NCBI GenBank assembly: GCA_963740915.1
Contig: CAVUFV010000012.1
Location: 5,483 to 69,482, forward strand
DNA length: 64,000 nt
Origin: an uncultured cyanobacterium
GTDB lineage: Bacteria; Cyanobacteriota; Cyanobacteriia; Phormidesmidales; Phormidesmidaceae
Direction: 5' to 3'
Both the position numbers and the translations under genes were made by a program. Positions 58,856 through 64,000 of this stretch are shown in pieces (position 1 is the first letter of the stretch; the number at the start of each line of letters is the position of its first letter). The notes under the pieces are model-generated. The model was not told the DNA's origin. It worked only from the letters and a program-made list of their open reading frames with translations, and ran no database searches.

Positions 58856-59077
58856 ATGCTCTCGCCCCAACTTATCGTTACCCTCAACAAACTCTCCCCC
58901 GATCTCCAAACCGAAATCCTTCACTACGCTGAATACCTCGCCACTAAATACACCCAAACTCCGCCGTCCAAAACCCCACCCAAAACCTATCGCCGAGCCG
59001 GAAACATGAAAGGTATGTTCACCATGTCCGACGACTTCGATGCCCCGCTAGAAGATCTCAAATATTATATTCATTAG
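58856..59077 (+). CDS. DUF2281-family antitoxin (orphan)
   Basis: L.KLSPDLQTEILHYAEYL...RRAGNMKG.F.MSDDFDAPLED; no toxin gene downstream. Confidence 0.85.
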   Translation: MLSPQLIVTLNKLSPDLQTEILHYAEYLATKYTQTPPSKTPPKTYRRAGNMKGMFTMSDDFDAPLEDLKYYIH

Positions 59078-59311
59078 CCAAGACACCCAAATGGATGCCT
59101 ACCCGATTAAACGACTCTGGGAATAACAGATTCCGAAAATCCTGATGAGCGATCGCCCAATGCCTGACGACCGTCAGTTTCACGAGTAAGTCCAGTCATG
59201 AGGGCCAGCCGATAAATTGCTAGTCGAGTTAGCTGTTGTACACAAAGGGTTCTAGCGATTACTCTTGTCCTAACTAACTCGACAGATGCCATAGGTGCGG
59301 ATCAAATTAGC

Positions 59312-59707
59312 TCAGAAGCGGCCAACCATTGCGATTGAACCTTGAAGCCATTCTGCCAAAGCTTCCTGCGAGCAACTACCTGTGGCCACTGCCAACACCA
59401 TCGAAACCTCTTCAGCTTCTGTTGAGGTCATTTCATAACCGTTCAGATACAAAAATGCGGCCATTGACGCTAGCCCTACCCGCTTATTACCATCCACAAA
59501 CACGTGGTTTTGAATAAACCCATAGCCATAGGCTGCTGCTAAATCCCAAACATTTGAATCTGGAACGTAAGCAAGACGATTTTTGGCCTTAGCTAAGGTT
59601 GACTCCAGTAGCCCGTCCTCTCGAATGCCAAGCGTGCCGCCATGCTCTTGAATTTGTTGTTGATGCAGCGCAATAATGCCTCGCTTTGTCAAAAATTGGT
59701 AAGTCAC
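59312..59707 (-). CDS. doc: Death-on-curing (Doc/Fic) family toxin
   Basis: HGG..GIRE.GLLES, NHVFVDGNKR motif. Confidence 0.92.
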   Translation of the reverse strand: MTYQFLTKRGIIALHQQQIQEHGGTLGIREDGLLESTLAKAKNRLAYVPDSNVWDLAAAYGYGFIQNHVFVDGNKRVGLASMAAFLYLNGYEMTSTEAEEVSMVLAVATGSCSQEALAEWLQGSIAMVGRF

Positions 59708-59932
59708 CTAAGCCAGTTCTCTCAATGCATTACGATGCTTGCGAGCCACATGACGATAGGCATCCATTTCCGCCGCAAATTCTGGATTGTAAGGTGTTAA
59801 TTCAACGCCTTGTTCAGTTTTAAGGAGATAGAGTTCATCACCTTCTTTCACGTTTAGCGTTTCTAAAATTTCTTTTGGGAAAGTAACCCCCAGTGAGTTA
59901 CCGACTTTGCGAATTTTGATGCCTGCCATCAC
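59708..59932 (-). CDS. AbrB/MazE-like antitoxin paired with Doc
   Basis: KIRKVGNSLGVTFPKE.L..L...EGDEL; C-terminal RNALRELA; directly abuts doc. Confidence 0.9.
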   Translation of the reverse strand: MMAGIKIRKVGNSLGVTFPKEILETLNVKEGDELYLLKTEQGVELTPYNPEFAAEMDAYRHVARKHRNALRELA

Positions 59933-60005
59933 CTATGACCTCAAGCGTGTTACTACTAAAGTTATAACATACGAAGCGGCTTGCAATTTGCCAGTCATGT
60001 GTGCT

Positions 60006-60086
60006 CTAGAATGCATAGATGGCCCTTCCAGAAAGGCTTTGAGCATCTTGCTTAAAAAAGATATGCGTATCCAGCAGAATTCTCAT
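60006..60086 (-). pseudogene. vapC: Truncated VapC/PIN toxin
   Basis: ATG overlapping the antitoxin stop reads MRILLDTHIFF (PIN strand 1), then unrelated sequence and a stop after 26 codons. Confidence 0.8.
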
Positions 60087-60322
60087 TTGCCCTCAAATGC
60101 ATTGAGAAGGTCTTCTGGCAAAGGCGCATCGAAACCATCTGGCACGGTAAACTCACCTGCACATAAACCGAATGGTCGTAGCTGTTTACCGCTTGATGGG
60201 ATAAGTCTCAGTTCGGCGATCGCTTTATCTGCTTGAACAATTACAATTATTTGACCTGCCTCCACTTGGCGCAGATATTTTGAAGGATCACGCTGCATTT
60301 CCTCAACTGTCACACTTAGCAT
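60083..60322 (-). CDS. Phd/YefM-family antitoxin
   Basis: MLSVTVEEMQRD.SKYLRQVEAGQ.IVI....KAIAEL...RPFGLCAGEF.VPD.FDAPLPED. Confidence 0.88.
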   Translation of the reverse strand: MLSVTVEEMQRDPSKYLRQVEAGQIIVIVQADKAIAELRLIPSSGKQLRPFGLCAGEFTVPDGFDAPLPEDLLNAFEGK

Positions 60323-60484
60323 AAAAAGCCTCAGTATAAGCTCAAGGGATAATACTCTGCCTGATTCAATTGTAAAGGATGAGTCTTGAATCCCAACTTC
60401 TGGTAGAACGCGGCGGCTGGGGTGCCGAACCTCGACAGAGCCGGGTGGATGCGATTTCGAAGTCATGAGCTGATTAATTTACAA

Positions 60485-60778
60485 GCCCTTAGTTTAGGCA
60501 CTGCATCCCTTAGTTTGGGCACTGCATCCCTTAGTTTTATCAATCATTGCAAAGCTACGCATTGATGTAGCCATTGAACGAGCGCTCGTTCCAAGTATTT
60601 TCTCTATGATTGCAAAGGTTTGCATTGAGAAACCACTTGAATACAGTCCAAAACCAAATGTTTCAGCTCACGTACTAAAGGTTTCACTCGGCGAACAAAA
60701 GGATTTGGATGACAAACTAAAGGTTTCACGCAGCGAACAAAAGGATTTGGATGACAAACTAAAGGTTTCAAAGGGTGA
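60485..60778. repeat. Degenerate 21-bp-period tandem array (14 units) with a near-exact 42-bp duplication
   Basis: (T/G)CCCTTAGTTT.. x3, TGCAAAG.. x2, ACTAAAGGTTTCA.. x3 alternating with ACAAAAGGATTTGGATGACAA x2, all in 21-bp register. Confidence 0.8.
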
Positions 60779-60995
60779 ATGAAGCGATCGCAATACCAAC
60801 ACCTTCAAATTCGTCAGCTTAGGAATCAGCATTAAATAACATGCTGATTTCGCCATTCCTGCCGCCCTCATCCCCAGCCCTTTTAAAGATAAAATAACAC
60901 TCCCTTTACGATCTTCAGCAACAATTTCAGCTAGCGCAAGTTCAGACACCTTCATTCTTTAACAAATGGTAGACGGTGCTTCTCTCCCTGACCTA

Positions 60996-61273
60996 CCGTG
61001 TACACACAAGTCCGAGAGCGCTGTGATCGGTGGGCCGCAGGGGTTGTGGACCCACCCCGACCTCCGCTATGCTCCGGCCACCCCTCCGACGGAGGGGAGA
61101 CTGGCAATTGTTTCAGTGTACTGAATCGCGACAAAGACCGCTAGCGAGTCCATAACCCTTACGAAGCGATAACCTCAACCCCCATAGCCAACATTCACCC
61201 CTCCGGCGGAGGGGCCGGGGGTGGGTCTGCCACATAGGCTACTAGCCGATGTCTCATAGTTGTGTGTACACGG
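60996..61273. mobile_element. MITE-like element with 14-bp perfect TIRs and internal REP-like palindromes
   Basis: CCGTGTACACACAA ... TTGTGTGTACACGG; internal GACCCACCCC/GGGGTGGGTC and two CCCCTCCG(A/G)CGGAGGGG hairpins; no transposase. Confidence 0.75.
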
Positions 61274-61418
61274 GAGCCCCCTGACGGAAGCCGAAAATAG
61301 GAAAAAGTAATAGTTGCGTAGTCGTGAATCCACCGCTCCCAATAGGCATTCGAGGTGTCGCGAGCCACTGCCGCCATCCGCAATCGGAATGTCTGCGCCA
61401 GACCCCTAATACAGGCGC

Positions 61419-62099
61419 TCAAGCGTATCCATGCTCTGCCAAAAACGCTAACGACAAATCACCCGCTAAGCCAGCATCCTCTGGCTCAAGGGTCACATTC
61501 GCCCCGACGCGGACAAATTTTTCGACATACTTGCCCAGCACATCGCCTTCCAAGTTCACCCAGTCGCCAGGTTGCAGATATCGCAGATTGGTCTCTGTGT
61601 AGGTGACCGGAATGACCGCCGTTGAAAACCAGTCACCCGACAGGCTGCAATCGGCCACGGTAAGGCTAATGCCATTGACCGCAACGCTGCCTTTGCTGAC
61701 AATGTAGCGGGCCACTTGGGGACTCAAATGCTTAAACGAAATCTCCCAGGCGTTGGCAACGCTTTCGGCGCGATCAAGCTGAGCGATGCCATCGACATGG
61801 CCAGTGACAAAGTGCCCGCCAATTTTGCTGCCGACTCGCAGTGAAGGCTCTAGGTTGACGTAGCCATTATCTAGCACTTTGCCCAGCGTAGACTTATTTA
61901 AAGTTTCAGGCGAAGCGGAGGCCACAAACCCATTGGCGAGGATTTTTTCGACGGTAAGGCAGACGCCATCAACGGCAATGCTATCGCCAAAGGCAATCTC
62001 TGCGAGAATGCGATCACGCGACGTCACGCAGGTGATTTTAAGCTGATAGGGGCCTAAGTGCTGAAGCTGACCGAGGCTTTGAACAAGTCCTGTGAACAT
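61419..62099 (-). CDS. ribE: Riboflavin synthase (alpha chain)
   Basis: MFTGL, GDSIAVDGVCLT, GGHFVTGHVD, KGSVAVNGISLT, VNLEGD. Confidence 0.96.
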   Translation of the reverse strand: MFTGLVQSLGQLQHLGPYQLKITCVTSRDRILAEIAFGDSIAVDGVCLTVEKILANGFVASASPETLNKSTLGKVLDNGYVNLEPSLRVGSKIGGHFVTGHVDGIAQLDRAESVANAWEISFKHLSPQVARYIVSKGSVAVNGISLTVADCSLSGDWFSTAVIPVTYTETNLRYLQPGDWVNLEGDVLGKYVEKFVRVGANVTLEPEDAGLAGDLSLAFLAEHGYA

Positions 62100-62364
62100 A
62101 TCACTTATGCCATGATTTCAATGAAGTTTTCTGCACAGGTCTTATAATTCTACTCAAAACCACCTTAATTTAGAGTAAGCGAAAGCTAGCGACGTTAATT
62201 CACGGCTTAACAAATACCAAGCTTTAAAATTCTAACCGTAATATTATTGAGTGATGGGTTCAGCGCGGGCAATTTATCCTTAATGCAGTCTTAGAATTAA
62301 ATACGATTTTTGATGCAAGCGGGTTGGCAACGGTTTATCTTAAAAGGGGTCGAGGGCTTAAGCA

Positions 62365-62856
62365 ATGATTGAGATGAGTGTTGCTGGGATCGCGGTGGAT
62401 GCAGGCAGTCGAAACCCTATCGTTTTGCTACGAGACAGTTCGCAGCGTCGTCAATTGCCGATATTTATTTCTCATGAGCAGGCCAGAGCGATTCAGTCGG
62501 CGCTAGAAGGCGAAAAGCCCTCTCGCCCGATGACCCATGATCTAATTGCCAATTTTTTGAACGCTTGGGATTTGACCTTGCAGCGAGTTGTGATTCAGGC
62601 GCTGCGAGACAATACCTTTTACGCGGTGATGACCGTGGGCAAAGGCGACCAAAAAAAGGAGCTAGACGCGCGGCCTAGCGATGCGATTTCGGTGGCGCTC
62701 AGAATGAACGCACCCATTTGGGTATTGGAAGAAGTGGTGGTCGATGCGGCCATGCCGGTTGATAGAGAAGCGGATGCGGCTGAAAAAGAAGCCTTTCACG
62801 ATTTTCTCTCAGATATTAGTCCGGCTGATTTTGCTGAGCGCGGTCGGTTGATGTAG
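62365..62856 (+). CDS. Bifunctional nuclease family protein (DUF151)
   Basis: PIVLL, LPIFI, RPMTHDL, DARPSDAI. Confidence 0.93.
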   Translation: MIEMSVAGIAVDAGSRNPIVLLRDSSQRRQLPIFISHEQARAIQSALEGEKPSRPMTHDLIANFLNAWDLTLQRVVIQALRDNTFYAVMTVGKGDQKKELDARPSDAISVALRMNAPIWVLEEVVVDAAMPVDREADAAEKEAFHDFLSDISPADFAERGRLM

Positions 62857-62896
62857 GACTTCTACGCTGACCGTGAAGATCCCTATTCAGAAGCTT

Positions 62897-64000
62897 ATGC
62901 GCGATCGCCGATTCGGCAAAACCAATCTACAGCTATCTGTGTTCTCATTAGGCACAATGCGATTTGGATCAGCCGCAGCCGCCTATACAGTGATTAAAGC
63001 GGCTATTGCCCAAGGTATTAACCATATTGAGACCGCGCCTGCCTACGGAGCTAGCGAGCGCTACATCGGTGAGGCTTTAGCTGCTTTAGCGCAGCGCCAG
63101 ACTTCGGTGCGATCTCATCTGACGATTACCAGTAAGCTAACGCCCAACTTAACTGCGCCTAACAGCGCCGATGACATCGATCAGGCGATTGATCGCAGCC
63201 TTGCTAGTCTAGGCACGCAGTATCTGGACTGTCTGGCGATTCATGGCATCAATACCTTTGAGCATCTAGACTGGGCGCTGACTCGAATGTTGCCTGCACT
63301 GGAACGAGCCCAAGCCGATGGCCGGGTGCGGCATATAGGCTTTTCGACGCACGGATCGCTGGATCTGATTTTGAGAGCTTGTGCAACTCAAGCCTTCGCC
63401 TTTATTAACCTGCACTACAGCTACTTTTTTCAGCGCAATGCCCCCGCCATTGCGCAAGCCCATCAGCAGGATATGGGCGTTTTTATCATTTCTCCTGCTG
63501 ACAAGGCCGGTTTGCTCTACACCCCACCCGAACGACTGACGGCTCTGTGCGCTCCCTACGATCCGCTTTTGATCAACTACCGCTGGCTGCTGAGCGACTC
63601 GCGCATTACGACGCTCAGCGTTGGGCCTGCAACCGCAGATGAGCTGGATTGGCCTTTGCAGGTTGCGAATGCTGATGGGGCATTGACTCAAGCTGAGCAG
63701 CAGGCGATCGCGCGATTAGATCAAGCTCAAAAAGATGCCTTGGGCAGCGATCAGTGCACGCAATGTCATGCTTGCCTGCCTTGCCCGGAAACCATCAACA
63801 TTCCAGAAGTCTTGCGGCTGCGTAACTTAGCAGTGGCCTATGAGATGACAGCGTTTGGCCAATACCGCTATGGCATGTTTGAAAATGCGGGGCATTGGTT
63901 TCCAGGGAAAAAAGGCGATCGCTGCACCGACTGCGGCGACTGTCTGCCCCGCTGCCCCCAACGGATCAACATTCCGGCGCTGCTGCGCGACACCCATCAG
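62897..64000 (+). CDS. Aldo/keto reductase with C-terminal 4Fe-4S dicluster (3' end outside window)
   Basis: Manual translation MRDRRFGKTNLQLSVFSLGTMRF...HIETAPAYG..SE...GFSTHG...CTQCHACLPCP...CTDCGDCLPRCP; open to the window end. Confidence 0.9.
   Translation, partial: MRDRRFGKTNLQLSVFSLGTMRFGSAAAAYTVIKAAIAQGINHIETAPAYGASERYIGEALAALAQRQTSVRSHLTITSKLTPNLTAPNSADDIDQAIDRSLASLGTQYLDCLAIHGINTFEHLDWALTRMLPALERAQADGRVRHIGFSTHGSLDLILRACATQAFAFINLHYSYFFQRNAPAIAQAHQQDMGVFIISPADKAGLLYTPPERLTALCAPYDPLLINYRWLLSDSRITTLSVGPATADELDWPLQVANADGALTQAEQQAIARLDQAQKDALGSDQCTQCHACLPCPETINIPEVLRLRNLAVAYEMTAFGQYRYGMFENAGHWFPGKKGDRCTDCGDCLPRCPQRINIPALLRDTHQ

Noticed and set aside
59107-59292. 61-aa ORF downstream of doc as a third TA component
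   Set aside because: No recognisable motif; probably spurious or debris.
60485-60778. CRISPR array
   Set aside because: Units are contiguous with no constant repeat plus unique spacer structure, and there are no cas genes.
58664-64000. DGR template repeat or reverse transcriptase downstream of the target
   Set aside because: No A-rich copy of the VR and no RT (YxDD) ORF seen by eye here or elsewhere in the window.
1-64000. Frequent GCGATCGC palindromes as a novel repeat
   Set aside because: This is HIP1, a well-known cyanobacterial genome signature.

Overview
Chromosomal DNA from a cyanobacterium: the HIP1 octamer GCGATCGC is abundant, and the gene set includes NtcA sites, CBCR, crtO, Ycf66 and Ycf29/Rre1. 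Most of the window is housekeeping: ileS, queD-queE-queC, tRNA-Thr(CGT), ribD, bioF, pyrD, gcvT-gcvH-gcvP, crtO, ribE, two-component genes, a KirBac channel and MscS. Four regions stand out. (1) 1-4.7 kb: a Nit1C nitrilase cluster split around back-to-back NtcA-type promoters, each with a lux-box-like element 11 nt upstream of the NtcA site, next to a GAF-LuxR regulator gene. (2) 19.5-23.7 kb: two divergent paralogs with a coiled-coil / Lys-Ala linker / putative winged-helix layout (candidate nucleoid-associated proteins, one frameshifted), flanking a purU pseudogene broken by tandem micro-duplications. (3) 30-35 kb: an insert-Cys-type cyanobacteriochrome kinase followed by a multi-GAF pseudo-kinase. 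(4) 55.7-61.3 kb: a membrane-anchored NACHT-HEAT-FGE/C-type-lectin gene with hallmarks of a diversity-generating retroelement (DGR) target (variable repeat, downstream hairpin, first 12 codons of avd) but no template repeat or RT. It is followed by toxin-antitoxin remnants, a 21-bp-period array and a MITE. All calls come from reading motifs by eye; no database searches were run.
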